A stretch of 64,000 bases of DNA from Bacilli bacterium (GTDB lineage Bacteria; Bacillota_I; Bacilli_A; RFN20; CAG-826), in the NCBI GenBank assembly GCA_017940265.1, contig JAGAYY010000025.1, positions 711 to 64,710 on the forward strand, written 5' to 3'. Position 1 is the first letter of the stretch, and each line of letters starts with the position of its first letter. The notes beneath the pieces are model-generated. The model ran no database searches. It was given only the letters and a program-made list of their open reading frames with translations, and was not told the origin of the DNA. Position numbers and translations under genes: made by a program. Shown here in pieces: positions 44,374-53,901 of this stretch.

Positions 44374-46880
44374 AAAATTACAAAGGTTTAACAAATTCAG
44401 AAGTCCTAGAATCAAGGGCTACCCACGGAGAGAATAGACTCACCCCTCCGAAGAAAACTCCATGGTATATCTTATTCCTGGAGAAATTCAAAGATCCTAT
44501 TATAGTAATCCTCTTAGTGGCAGCAGCTATTTCTATTGTCGTAGGATTCTTTCAGGGATCATTCATTGAGTCTGTAGGTATAATTGTTGCTATCGGACTG
44601 GCTACTGGTGTATCTTTTTGGATGGAATACTCCTCAAAGAAAAAATTCGATATCCTGAATCAAGTCAGTGATACCGAGCCAGTCAAGGTAATTAGAGAAG
44701 GAAATGTCACTGAAATTCCCAAGACGGAAGTAGTTGTTGGTGATATTGTAATTCTTGAGACTGGTGCTGAAATTCCTGCTGATATTGATCTTCTTGAGGC
44801 TCTAGAACTTAAGGTGGATGAGTCTTCTATGACCGGTGAATCTATGCCTGCTTCTAAACGAGCAAAAGCAGATAGTGAAGGTGAATATACTGGTTCTGGA
44901 TTTGCTCCTTGGTTTGTTCTTAGGAGTACAAAAATTACAGAGGGTACAGGTGTTGGAGTAGTTGTTAAGATTGGTGATGAAACTGAAATAGGAAAAACCT
45001 CTAGAGCTGCAATGGAGGAGGTTGATGAAGAAACTCCACTCAATAAACAGCTCAATGGATTAGCTGATCTTATTAATAAAGCCGCATTCTCATTAGCTGG
45101 CTTACTCCTTCTATTCTTAAATGTTCATCATTTTGTATTCACCGACTTCGATCCCAGCTTCATGGCTATTTTCACGGAAGAAGTTAAGTATCTCATGATG
45201 GCATTGGCGTTAGTTATTTGTGCTGTCCCAGAAGGAATGCCACTAGCTTCTACGCTTTCATTGGCATTTGCTATGGATACAATGAGAAAACAGAATAACC
45301 TCATTAAAAAGCTTCATGCATGTGAAACTATCGGATGTACTAATATTATATTTAGTGATAAGACTGGTACGCTGACTCAAAATAAGATGGTTGTTGTGGA
45401 TACTGACTTAGTAAATAAAGAGAAGCTCTTTATTAATGCGGCCATAAATTCTACAGCCAATCTTGATGAATCTGGAGAAGCTTTAGGAAATCCGACAGAA
45501 GGTGCAACTCTCAAATTCTTGAAGTCTGAGGGTACTGACTATCGTGAGCATCGTCGCTTAGAGGTTATTGATCAAAAGCCATTTAATTCCACAGATAAAT
45601 ATATGTCTACAACAGTCAAGGATGGTACCATCTATGTTAAGGGTGCTCCTGAGATTGTTGCTGGATTAGCTAAAGATAATAGCTATCTTGGGAAGGTAGA
45701 GGAACAACAAGCGAAGGGCAGACGTGTACTCAGTTTTGCTTCAGGTAACTCTATGGATACTCTTATCTATGACGGTTCAGTATTTATTGAGGATCCTGTA
45801 CGAGTAGATGTTCCTCAGGCAGTTAAAGATTGTTATCATGCAGGTATCAATGTAGTGATGATGACTGGCGATAACATTAAAACTGCAGCTGAAATTGGTC
45901 GTCAAGCAGGGTTCAAGAAAAATGAGACTACTGGAAAAGTTTGGGCAATTGAGGCTAAGGAATTTGATAACATAGATTGGAACAATAACGAATATCCTAC
46001 AGTTATCGCAAGATGTAAACCCAGTGATAAACTCCACATTCTCAAGTCATTCCAAGAGAAATATAAGGGAACTGACGATGAGTTCGTATGTGCAATGACA
46101 GGGGATGGTGTTAATGATAGCCCATCTCTCAATCACGCAAATATTGGTATCGCTATGGGATCAGGAACTTCTGTGGCTAAAGAAAGTGCAGATATTGTAC
46201 TCTTAGATGACGCATTCCCAAGTATTGTTACCGGCGTTAAGTGGGGTCGAAGTTTATATAAGAATATTCAATCTTTCCTCACTTTCCAGCTCATCATAAA
46301 TGTAGCAGTATGTTTCACTGTCCTGGTAGGTCCGTTACTTGGCATTGATCTTCCATTTACAGTAACACAGCTTCTGTGGGTTAATATTGCTATGGATACT
46401 CTAGCTGCTATTTGTCTTGCTACAGAGAAGGCAGACTCGAATGTAATGGATGAACTTCCACGTAAGCAGACAGAATTTATTATAACTAGTCCGATGTATA
46501 AGACTATATTCGGAATGGGTATTCTGGTATTTTTAATCCTAAGCTCTATCATTTATGACATTTCACATAACAATAGTGCTTGGTTTGGATTAGATCTCAC
46601 TGGATTGTTTGCTACATTCTTGATGATTTGCTGCTGGAATATCTTCAATATTCGTGTATTCCGTAAGAACCATAGTATCTTCTATGGACTCGGAACCAAT
46701 AAGTATTTCTTAATTGGAACACTTGTATTGTTTATTGGCACAGTTCTTATTGTAGAATTTGGTGGAGAAGTTTTCAATACACACCCACTCTCGGTAACTG
46801 AATGGATTAAGATTATTGCTGCAACAAGCATTATCGCTTTCGGACGTGAAGCTTGGTATTGGATTAAGAAACTTTTGTAA
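44370..46880 (+). CDS. P-type cation-transporting ATPase (P2-type, Ca2+-ATPase-like)
   Basis: Motifs seen: TGES, DKTGTLTQN (phosphorylation site), MTGDGVNDSPSL (hinge), VPEGMP in the TM4 position. About 8-10 hydrophobic segments. Confidence 0.85.
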   Translation: MKNYKGLTNSEVLESRATHGENRLTPPKKTPWYILFLEKFKDPIIVILLVAAAISIVVGFFQGSFIESVGIIVAIGLATGVSFWMEYSSKKKFDILNQVSDTEPVKVIREGNVTEIPKTEVVVGDIVILETGAEIPADIDLLEALELKVDESSMTGESMPASKRAKADSEGEYTGSGFAPWFVLRSTKITEGTGVGVVVKIGDETEIGKTSRAAMEEVDEETPLNKQLNGLADLINKAAFSLAGLLLLFLNVHHFVFTDFDPSFMAIFTEEVKYLMMALALVICAVPEGMPLASTLSLAFAMDTMRKQNNLIKKLHACETIGCTNIIFSDKTGTLTQNKMVVVDTDLVNKEKLFINAAINSTANLDESGEALGNPTEGATLKFLKSEGTDYREHRRLEVIDQKPFNSTDKYMSTTVKDGTIYVKGAPEIVAGLAKDNSYLGKVEEQQAKGRRVLSFASGNSMDTLIYDGSVFIEDPVRVDVPQAVKDCYHAGINVVMMTGDNIKTAAEIGRQAGFKKNETTGKVWAIEAKEFDNIDWNNNEYPTVIARCKPSDKLHILKSFQEKYKGTDDEFVCAMTGDGVNDSPSLNHANIGIAMGSGTSVAKESADIVLLDDAFPSIVTGVKWGRSLYKNIQSFLTFQLIINVAVCFTVLVGPLLGIDLPFTVTQLLWVNIAMDTLAAICLATEKADSNVMDELPRKQTEFIITSPMYKTIFGMGILVFLILSSIIYDISHNNSAWFGLDLTGLFATFLMICCWNIFNIRVFRKNHSIFYGLGTNKYFLIGTLVLFIGTVLIVEFGGEVFNTHPLSVTEWIKIIAATSIIAFGREAWYWIKKLL

Positions 46881-46890
46881 AACTAATATT

Positions 46891-46921
46891 AGAATTAGAG
46901 TTTAGGCTCTAATTCTTTTTC
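46891..46921 (+). terminator. rho-independent-type terminator
   Basis: 10-bp stem agaattagag/ctctaattct followed by TTTTT. Confidence 0.65.
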
Positions 46922-46981
46922 ACCTCTCAGACAGCTTGATGTCCTTATTATTGGGGAGGAAATAATCCTCCTCAATTAAAT

Positions 46982-49900
46982 ATGAATAGAAGAATTACAA
47001 TATTTGATGAAAAAGATTTTGAAACCAATTATCTACTCTGGTGGTCTCTACCTCTAGGTCAAGAAATCTATTCTATCAGTAACTTAATGGCAATGACACG
47101 TCCAGATCTCGAAAGAATACTTAGTATCGGAGAAGGAGACGCTGTATTAGTTGCCTGTTCTGATGGATGGAAGATGATTAAGGATAGATATCATGTTGGA
47201 GTTAGATCTGAAGGTTTTGTAGATTGCCAACAGCTGAAGAGGTTATCTGTTGAGGGCGGAGCATTCCTGAAGTGCATACCTGCCGGAGAATTCCCAGAAC
47301 CAGAAGATATAGCTGAGTTCATGGATCCTGGATTTACTACACCAGTTAAATATGATTGGTTTAAGCAAAAGGTTCTTAAGACTTTGGAAGAAGCTAATCG
47401 ATTTATGGACTGGGCAGAGAGTCAACCCATGAATGTACATTGGGGATTTGACTACGAGGGTTCTGGTATGCCATTAGATAAGTGGTATGAACTTTCCGGA
47501 TTTTCACTATGTACTACTAGAATTGGTGCATTTGTTAGTTTGACTGATATTAGACATCGTTCTAGTCCAGAGGATTATCAAGCTTTTCTTCTCAGATTGG
47601 GAAGATTTTTAGAGACTAGAATGAAAACTATCTGGGTATTCAATATGCAATATGAGTTTCTAGTGAGTCATAGAATGTTAGGTGGAGTAGATCTATATAA
47701 CCTATGTGATTCTGGTGTTTTCAATATACTGGATGGATATCATTTAAATAAGAAATATTCACTTAAGTGGACTGCTCAGAGAATTTTAGGTGTTCAAGTG
47801 TGGGATGCAGAATTTGATAGAATCTCAGATCTCATCGACTCTATGTTATTCACTGAAGTTGGAAAAACTAAAGCTGAAAAACACAAAGTACTTAAAGTTA
47901 CTCCCACCGATTATCAAGGAACTCCGGAATGGGCTGAACTATGTAAGAGATATCCGACTTATATAGCAGAATTCGAGTCTCTTATAGCGGAATACTGGGG
48001 AAATCCATTTATGTGTATTCCTTCAGATATCCTAGGTTATTACTGTAATCTTGATGCATTCTATACTTTAATGCTATATGAAACCAAGAAAACAGAATAT
48101 ACTTGGGAAGCTATAGATACTTTTCTTGATAACCTTAGATTAGCATGTAGACTTCATTCTTGTGGTATACCTAAATGGGAATCTTATCGTAAGGAATATG
48201 AAGTTTATTGTGAAGAACAGATGGCATGGGGTATAACCTATTGTGCTGCCGCTAGATGTAAAATCAAAATGAATAAACATCAAGCTAAGATGGCAGACAT
48301 AAAAAAATACCCCGAGATAGCACAGAAACTACTTAAGAATAATAAATTCTTTGGTGGAGATCCTATTGCAATAACTAAAGATATCCTAGTCTCTAATCTG
48401 GATACAATGGATACAACTGAAACAGGATTGAATGATGGTCTCTTGCTTATGAACTATGGACCTGACTTCGCTGAAAAATTCCTCGAAGTTGTTAAGAATG
48501 CAATGGTTCAGGTTAAGATGAAAACTAAGATAGATGATGGAATAATTAGAAAAAAGAAAATCCTAGGAATCATAGCCGAGGAAGTTACTAAACTGATCGG
48601 ATTAGATAAACTTAAACTAGGACCTAAACATATCGAGCTTGAAAAATATCTGTATTATGAAAGAGCATATAACGAACTCATTAAGATTTCTAGAACTCAA
48701 CTCACAGATATTAATAATGTACCTGATGCTATCATAGCTTTCGGCCAGAAATTTACACGACTCGAATATTCAGATTATATATCCGAGAATTATTTCAAGT
48801 GTAAGAGTCCGATAGAAAATGATGAAATCTGTCTCGAGTTTGCACAATTATTTCCTTCCGAGTCGAGTTTTCTGGCCGCCTTACATGATAGCATTCAACA
48901 GCTTAATGGTACTACAGGATTTTATAAAAACTTGGGTATAACTACGATAGAGGATGCATTTAAACATTTCCAAACCGAATACACTAAAGTATGGAATGGA
49001 ACACCTATCGAACAAACCGATTATCCAGAAAAAGTCTATTCATTAGCGTATTCCTTCTATAATAACCTTAAGTGCGACGAAGTAAAAGAAATTTGGTCAG
49101 ATTTCAAGGGTTTCGAATCACAAGAGAAGTTTTTCGGGTATGTAGGAGATCAATTCCTCGACTATGAAAAACCATTCGAGCCAACTGACTTAGATAATAA
49201 CTTCTTCTTCATGAGAAAGTTAGTAGTTAGTTATCTTATGTATAAAAAATATGCCAAAGTTCTTAGTACTTATATTGACGGAATGTTCACAAAAACAGAT
49301 ACTTGGGTAATGGAAGATCCGATCAGCCATGTAATGATACGAGAGGCTGATCCATCCGAACCAGGAGCTGTTTGTAAGATGAGACCAAAATTCCAATGTA
49401 TGGAAAAAAGCTCTAAACGATGGAGTTCTGGTTATCATACAATTATAAGTCATTCTGATATCAAAAGTACTCTTCGATCTTATTCAGGACACTTACTTTC
49501 GTACTTTGACATAAGTAGTGCGGAGGTAAAGTCTGCTGGTTTTGCTAGTGGTGATCCTGATTTGATTAATATGTTTATAAATGGAATTGATGTATATATT
49601 GCAACAGCTAAACTTTATCTTGGAGAAGCAGGTTGGGGAAAATTAACCAAAGGAGATCAGAAAGAATGGAGAAAAAAATTTAAAACAATTTTCCTAGGAA
49701 TTCTGTATGGTCTCGGAAAACAATCTTTGGCAACCCGACTTAATTGTAGTGTAGACGAGGCTGAAAAAATCATTCAAGCAGTTTATACAGCATATCCAAA
49801 ACTTAGAGAATATGTGGCTGGTCAACAGCAATATGTTCTTGAGCATGAAGGTTATATTAATACCTTCTTTGGCGATAAACTTAGAGTTGCTGAGTGGAAA

Positions 49901-50464
49901 TGGTATAAGAAGGCAAAAACCGAAAGAGAGAAAAAGAATCTCGAAGCTAGAATGGCAAGACTTGGGGTAAATCTTCCTATTCAAGGAGGAACAAGTACTG
50001 CTATGAGTTCAGGTTTCTTCAATGACCTTAGAGTTGCCAAACAGGAGGGTTGGGCATTAACAAGTTTTGTAACGGTTCATGATTCAAATACTTGTGATTT
50101 TAGTGTTGATAAGCTTTGGGGAATACGAAGCTTTTATGATAAAAACTTCACTGACTTCTGTTATGAAAAGACGGGTATCAAGTTATTGTTTGATATCTTA
50201 ATAGGAGTAACATATGAAGATGCCTGTGAAGCTAAACAAATAAGTGATGATATTGTAGAACTTAAAGGTAATGCAAGATCTCATTTAATGATAATCGAAG
50301 AGATGAATAATTGTCCTGGTCTTAAATATGAGATTAATGTTCCACTAGAAAGCATTGTTCCAAATTATATAGAAGATCCAGTTCAAAGGTTCGTTAAAGA
50401 AAAGGGTTGTTCGATGGTAATGGATAAATCTAGTTATACCATTCAATATCGAAAACTTAGTTAA
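46982..50464 (+). CDS. family A DNA polymerase with an N-terminal 3'-5' exonuclease region
   Basis: Exonuclease motifs: FDYEGSG and YYCNLDAFY. Polymerase motifs: A YFDISSAEVK, B RKKFKTIFLGILYGLG, C TVHDS. Confidence 0.8.
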   Translation: MNRRITIFDEKDFETNYLLWWSLPLGQEIYSISNLMAMTRPDLERILSIGEGDAVLVACSDGWKMIKDRYHVGVRSEGFVDCQQLKRLSVEGGAFLKCIPAGEFPEPEDIAEFMDPGFTTPVKYDWFKQKVLKTLEEANRFMDWAESQPMNVHWGFDYEGSGMPLDKWYELSGFSLCTTRIGAFVSLTDIRHRSSPEDYQAFLLRLGRFLETRMKTIWVFNMQYEFLVSHRMLGGVDLYNLCDSGVFNILDGYHLNKKYSLKWTAQRILGVQVWDAEFDRISDLIDSMLFTEVGKTKAEKHKVLKVTPTDYQGTPEWAELCKRYPTYIAEFESLIAEYWGNPFMCIPSDILGYYCNLDAFYTLMLYETKKTEYTWEAIDTFLDNLRLACRLHSCGIPKWESYRKEYEVYCEEQMAWGITYCAAARCKIKMNKHQAKMADIKKYPEIAQKLLKNNKFFGGDPIAITKDILVSNLDTMDTTETGLNDGLLLMNYGPDFAEKFLEVVKNAMVQVKMKTKIDDGIIRKKKILGIIAEEVTKLIGLDKLKLGPKHIELEKYLYYERAYNELIKISRTQLTDINNVPDAIIAFGQKFTRLEYSDYISENYFKCKSPIENDEICLEFAQLFPSESSFLAALHDSIQQLNGTTGFYKNLGITTIEDAFKHFQTEYTKVWNGTPIEQTDYPEKVYSLAYSFYNNLKCDEVKEIWSDFKGFESQEKFFGYVGDQFLDYEKPFEPTDLDNNFFFMRKLVVSYLMYKKYAKVLSTYIDGMFTKTDTWVMEDPISHVMIREADPSEPGAVCKMRPKFQCMEKSSKRWSSGYHTIISHSDIKSTLRSYSGHLLSYFDISSAEVKSAGFASGDPDLINMFINGIDVYIATAKLYLGEAGWGKLTKGDQKEWRKKFKTIFLGILYGLGKQSLATRLNCSVDEAEKIIQAVYTAYPKLREYVAGQQQYVLEHEGYINTFFGDKLRVAEWKWYKKAKTEREKKNLEARMARLGVNLPIQGGTSTAMSSGFFNDLRVAKQEGWALTSFVTVHDSNTCDFSVDKLWGIRSFYDKNFTDFCYEKTGIKLLFDILIGVTYEDACEAKQISDDIVELKGNARSHLMIIEEMNNCPGLKYEINVPLESIVPNYIEDPVQRFVKEKGCSMVMDKSSYTIQYRKLS

Positions 50465-50472
50465 TAAAAATT

Positions 50473-50513
50473 AGATCAACAATAGATAAATTCTAAAGTT
50501 GATCTTTTTTTTG
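50473..50513 (+). terminator. rho-independent-type terminator
   Basis: Stem agatcaac/gttgatct followed by T8. Confidence 0.6.
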
Positions 50514-50525
50514 CTGCCCTTAAAA

Positions 50526-50538
50526 CCTTATAACTGTA
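50526..50538 (+). promoter_or_regulatory. CCTTATA-NN-TGTA box (ttaaaaccttataactgta) 6 nt upstream of the tRNA 5' end
   Basis: Same box and spacing as upstream of the other two tRNA or tRNA-like genes. Confidence 0.5.
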
Positions 50539-50544
50539 TTAATA

Positions 50545-51027
50545 GGTTCCGTAGCTCAGTTGGATAGAGCAACTGCCTTTAATTATCTAGAAATAGATAA
50601 TGGAGTGCTATGGCGAGAAATCCCATAGTAGAAGTGCCCTAATTAAATACCTTAAATTTAAAGGTACGGTGAAAGTCCTTTTTATAAAAATACTAAACAA
50701 TAATGTATGAGGATAACGCCGAGCTAAATTGAAAATATGAAATAAGCGTTTGTACTTGAAGAAATATTTTCATAAATGTGTAGAGAACATAGAGGCACAA
50801 CCTAAGTTGGAATTAAGCAAGAATCATAAGACTCTTGCTTATAGAAATGTAACAATTTATCAAACATTACTTGCAAGAATTTCAATATGGTTATAACATG
50901 TTCCAGACTACAACAACATCAGCTTGTAATAAAGTGCTAGAAATAATTGGAGACTGTAATGTTGGCTATAGTAATATAGTGTAGTATGCTAAGCAGTAGG
51001 TCTTGGGTTCGACTCCCAACGGAATCA
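50545..51027 (+). tRNA. tRNA-Arg(UCU), interrupted by a group I intron in the anticodon loop
   Basis: 5' half, 50545-50579: ggttccg ta gctc agttggata gagc a actgc ctt. 3' half, 50989-51027: ctaa gcagt aggtc ttggg ttcgact cccaa cggaatc a. The spliced loop CUUCUAA gives anticodon UCU. No CCA is encoded. Confidence 0.7.
50580..50988 (+). mobile_element. group I intron (409 nt, no ORF) within tRNA-Arg
   Basis: R-like gttccagactaca (50900-50912) and S-like aatatagtgtagta (50973-50986) give a P7 of actaca/tgtagt. P1 is a hairpin capped by GAAA (50581-50601) with U.G possible at 50579/50603. The intron ends in G at 50988. Confidence 0.6.
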
Positions 51028-51030
51028 CAT

Positions 51031-51066
51031 AAGAAAGACAAGGTTAAAGTCTTTCTTTTTTTTTAT
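51031..51066 (+). terminator. rho-independent-type terminator after the tRNA
   Basis: Stem aagaaagac/gtctttctt followed by T9. Confidence 0.65.
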
Positions 51067-51215
51067 TTATAGATATATAAGAGAGACATAATTTAGCCTA
51101 GCTAGGTATCTAAATTTTTTTGTCCCTCTCTTACACAATTTTCTAATGAGTTTATTGTGTTTCATTCTTAGGGTTCTTAGGGCTTCTCAAGCGCGTTTTT
51201 CCAAAGTCAAGAAAA

Positions 51216-51228
51216 CCTTATTTATGTT
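51216..51228 (+). promoter_or_regulatory. CCTTATT-NN-TGTT box (gaaaaccttatttatgtt)
   Basis: Lies upstream of pncB. An in-frame ATG at 51224 sits inside the box and the ATG at 51245 lies 16 nt after it. Confidence 0.4.
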
Positions 51229-51244
51229 ATATAAAAATAAAATT

Positions 51245-52423
51245 ATGATGTTAAGTATTTTAGACACAGACTTGTACAAAGCAAGTACCTCCTATGCTTA
51301 TTGGAGTTTATATCCATTAGCAGAAGGAACATTTACGTTTAATGATCGTAATAAAGAAACTTATGATCAAGAATTCATTGATCAACTTAAGTTAGAATTT
51401 ACTAAGTTAGGATCTCTTCGCCTTAAGGATGATGAATTTGAGTGGGCAGTTAAAAAAATCCCATATATTCCTCTTCCTTTCTGGGAGTGGCTTAAGACTT
51501 TTAAATTTGAGCCCACCAAGATTCATATAGGCCTTGATTCAGAGGGACACCTAGAAATTGAAGTAACAGATTTTCTATATAAAGTTACTTGGTATGAAAT
51601 TCCAGTTTTAGCTATCGTATCTGAGCTGCGCAATAAATATCGCGGGTATATAGCTAATCATTCTAAAATGATTGAGATACTTGATGAGAAGATTAACATG
51701 GCAAATGAATATCATCTCAAATTTTCTGAATTTGGAACCCGCAGAAGATATAGCGCAGCAAGTCATGATAGCATTGTTGGCCGTTTAAAAGAAAGATGTC
51801 CGATCTACTGTGTTGGTACGTCAAATATGTACCTTGCAATGAAGTATGGAATTACTCCTTCTGGTACATTTCCTCACGAATGGATACAGGCCCATGCAGG
51901 TATGTTTGGTAATAAGAGAGCAAACTACTTAATGCTTGAAGCTTGGATCAAAGTTTACAGAGGAGATCTAGGAACTGCACTTACTGATCTTTTTGGAACT
52001 GAATCTTTCTTAAGAACATTGACAAGACAACAAGCTCTCCTGTTACAGGGTTATCGAATTGATTCTGGTGATAATTTTAAAGTTGGTAACATGATTATTG
52101 ACCGACTTAAAGAGTTTAAGATTGATCCAAAAACTAAGCTTCTTGTGTTCTCCAATGCTCTAGATTTCCCGAAGTATAAAGAAATTTATGACTATTTTAA
52201 TGGACGTATTCAAGTTAGTGCAGGTATTGGAACGAATATAACGTGTGATCCTGGAATTGATGGGTACAAACCTGCTAATATAGTTATGAAACTTAGTCGG
52301 GTTAGAATGTCTGATAAAGATCCTTGGGAAAAGTGTATCAAAATCTCAGATGATTTAGGAAAACATATTGGTGATCCTAAGGAAATTGAAATTGCTAAAT
52401 ATGAGCTTCACATTGGAGACTGA
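51245..52423 (+). CDS. pncB: nicotinate phosphoribosyltransferase (alternative start 51224)
   Basis: Motifs seen: ILDTDLYKAS, SEFGTRRR and VGTSN, all typical of PncB-type NAPRTase. The tracked start 51146 is probably too far upstream. Confidence 0.75.
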   Translation: MMLSILDTDLYKASTSYAYWSLYPLAEGTFTFNDRNKETYDQEFIDQLKLEFTKLGSLRLKDDEFEWAVKKIPYIPLPFWEWLKTFKFEPTKIHIGLDSEGHLEIEVTDFLYKVTWYEIPVLAIVSELRNKYRGYIANHSKMIEILDEKINMANEYHLKFSEFGTRRRYSAASHDSIVGRLKERCPIYCVGTSNMYLAMKYGITPSGTFPHEWIQAHAGMFGNKRANYLMLEAWIKVYRGDLGTALTDLFGTESFLRTLTRQQALLLQGYRIDSGDNFKVGNMIIDRLKEFKIDPKTKLLVFSNALDFPKYKEIYDYFNGRIQVSAGIGTNITCDPGIDGYKPANIVMKLSRVRMSDKDPWEKCIKISDDLGKHIGDPKEIEIAKYELHIGD

Positions 52424-52631
52424 TCTAGACGTTATTATCTATGGTGCTTGTCAGGTTCGGGAGGTAACTAGAAAGTTTAGGGTTAATAAAATAACTCCAG
52501 AAATGGTTGAATCTATTAAAAGAGTTATTCCAATCTATCAAGACCTCAAGGATCGAGAAGATTTTAAAGCAACAGTTAAAAATTTTGAAGGAAAACTTGA
52601 TATACTTAAGAAACTCGGATATAAATTATGA
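52368..52631 (+). CDS. hypothetical small protein (start uncertain)
   Basis: 87-aa ORF overlapping the pncB 3' end by 56 nt. Confidence 0.3.
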   Translation: MVILRKLKLLNMSFTLETDLDVIIYGACQVREVTRKFRVNKITPEMVESIKRVIPIYQDLKDREDFKATVKNFEGKLDILKKLGYKL

Positions 52632-53245
52632 AAGAAAGAAATATTCCGTACGTAGCATTTCGGCCGGAGACTGGTAAACTTATTAAGGCTGGAACAAATA
52701 TAGAAACTGCCAGCAAAGATTTATACGTTTTTCCGGCCGATCAAAAACGTACGCTCTATGATGGAAGATATTGTGCGGTTAGTGGTTTTGTATTTGCTGT
52801 AGTTCATGGTAAATACTCAGTACTTGCCAATCAACGTGGACAAGGGACGCCAGATTATCAGGGATGTTGGAATTGTCCTTGTGGATTTTTAGAGTGTTCG
52901 GAAACCTCTCAAGAAGGAATTGCCAGAGAAATCATGGAAGAATGTATGGTACAGGTAGATCCCAAAAGACTTAAGGTGGTGTATGTAGAAACAGAGCCGG
53001 AAAAATGTAATAATGGTAATGTAACTATTAGACATCGAGTATTCTTAGGGAAGCAAGCTCAAATTATCTGGGATCCTAATCTTGGTCTTGAAAGTGGTGG
53101 TGAGAAAGATGAGGTAGAGTCTGTTAGGTGGATTCCTTTAGATAAGGTAGATAAGTATGAATGGGCTTTCGGGCATAAGGAAACTATTATGAGTTTAGCT
53201 CCGAGGCCCTGGATAAGAAAAATCCTAGAGTTGTGGTATTCTTAG
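52628..53245 (+). CDS. Nudix hydrolase
   Basis: Nudix box GFLECSETSQEGIAREIMEECMV (Gx5Ex7REUxEE). Confidence 0.7.
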   Translation: MKERNIPYVAFRPETGKLIKAGTNIETASKDLYVFPADQKRTLYDGRYCAVSGFVFAVVHGKYSVLANQRGQGTPDYQGCWNCPCGFLECSETSQEGIAREIMEECMVQVDPKRLKVVYVETEPEKCNNGNVTIRHRVFLGKQAQIIWDPNLGLESGGEKDEVESVRWIPLDKVDKYEWAFGHKETIMSLAPRPWIRKILELWYS

Positions 53246-53901
53246 TTCAGAGCGGAGTAAATTTTGATTTCTGTTTTGAACTTAGACTAGCTAAGGAATA
53301 CTATGATTGGCTAGGGAAAGAGACCCTAGAGATTAGGTATGAGATGAAGGATAATAATCCAGATCGTTATATTCCTATTGGTTCGGTAGAGTTTGTTTCA
53401 GAATACCTAAATAAATTCTACCCTTCCAGCTCTAAGGCTCTTCTACCAATAAATGTTCCTACCTCTCTATTTAAGTTTTGCAAAAGAAAAATATCCAATA
53501 GTCCAGATATCGAGGGAATTGTTTTTAGAAAATCTAATCTAAAAATAAAACACCCAGATAATGGGATAGGGCCAGCACTTCCTGGATTTCAAATATCTGA
53601 ATTAGTAAGAATTGAGTCTGAGTGGAGAGTTTTCATATTTCATAAAGAAATATTATATATAGCTAATTATTCAGGCGATCCTCTATTGTTTCCGGATTCT
53701 TTGGAAATCAAGAAAATGGTTCAAGAATACAATGATTCTCCAGTAGCCTATACTTTAGACGTAGGAGTATCACAGGAACGAGGAACATTTGTTATTGAAT
53801 GTCATAGATTTTTCTCTTGTGGATTATATGGATTTTCGGATCATGCAAAAATACCTAAGATGTTTTCGCAATGTTGGTATGAGATGAAAAATATAAAGTA
53901 G
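53233..53901 (+). CDS. hypothetical protein, possibly ATP-grasp-like
   Basis: EWRVFIFHKEILYIANY and the C-terminal pattern resemble small phage ATP-grasp (DUF4343-type) proteins. The resemblance is weak and judged by eye. Confidence 0.3.
   Translation: MVFLVQSGVNFDFCFELRLAKEYYDWLGKETLEIRYEMKDNNPDRYIPIGSVEFVSEYLNKFYPSSSKALLPINVPTSLFKFCKRKISNSPDIEGIVFRKSNLKIKHPDNGIGPALPGFQISELVRIESEWRVFIFHKEILYIANYSGDPLLFPDSLEIKKMVQEYNDSPVAYTLDVGVSQERGTFVIECHRFFSCGLYGFSDHAKIPKMFSQCWYEMKNIK

Noticed and set aside
44660-46552. Four minus-strand ORFs inside the P-type ATPase gene.
   Set aside because: They lie entirely within a gene that has unambiguous conserved motifs, and they have no motifs or starts of their own. 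The same reasoning applies to the antisense ORFs at 1193-1432, 1479-1703, 4646-4849, 6997-7251, 10125-10361, 10668-10868, 15854-16114, 18268-18510, 19320-19607, 20210-20452, 22158-22343, 25728-25949, 27172-27390, 29182-29385, 47243-47440, 49220-49453, 49694-49984, 56710-56931, 57870-58088, 59673-59864, 61253-61450 and 63404-63619. It also applies to the out-of-frame sense ORF at 26061-26264.
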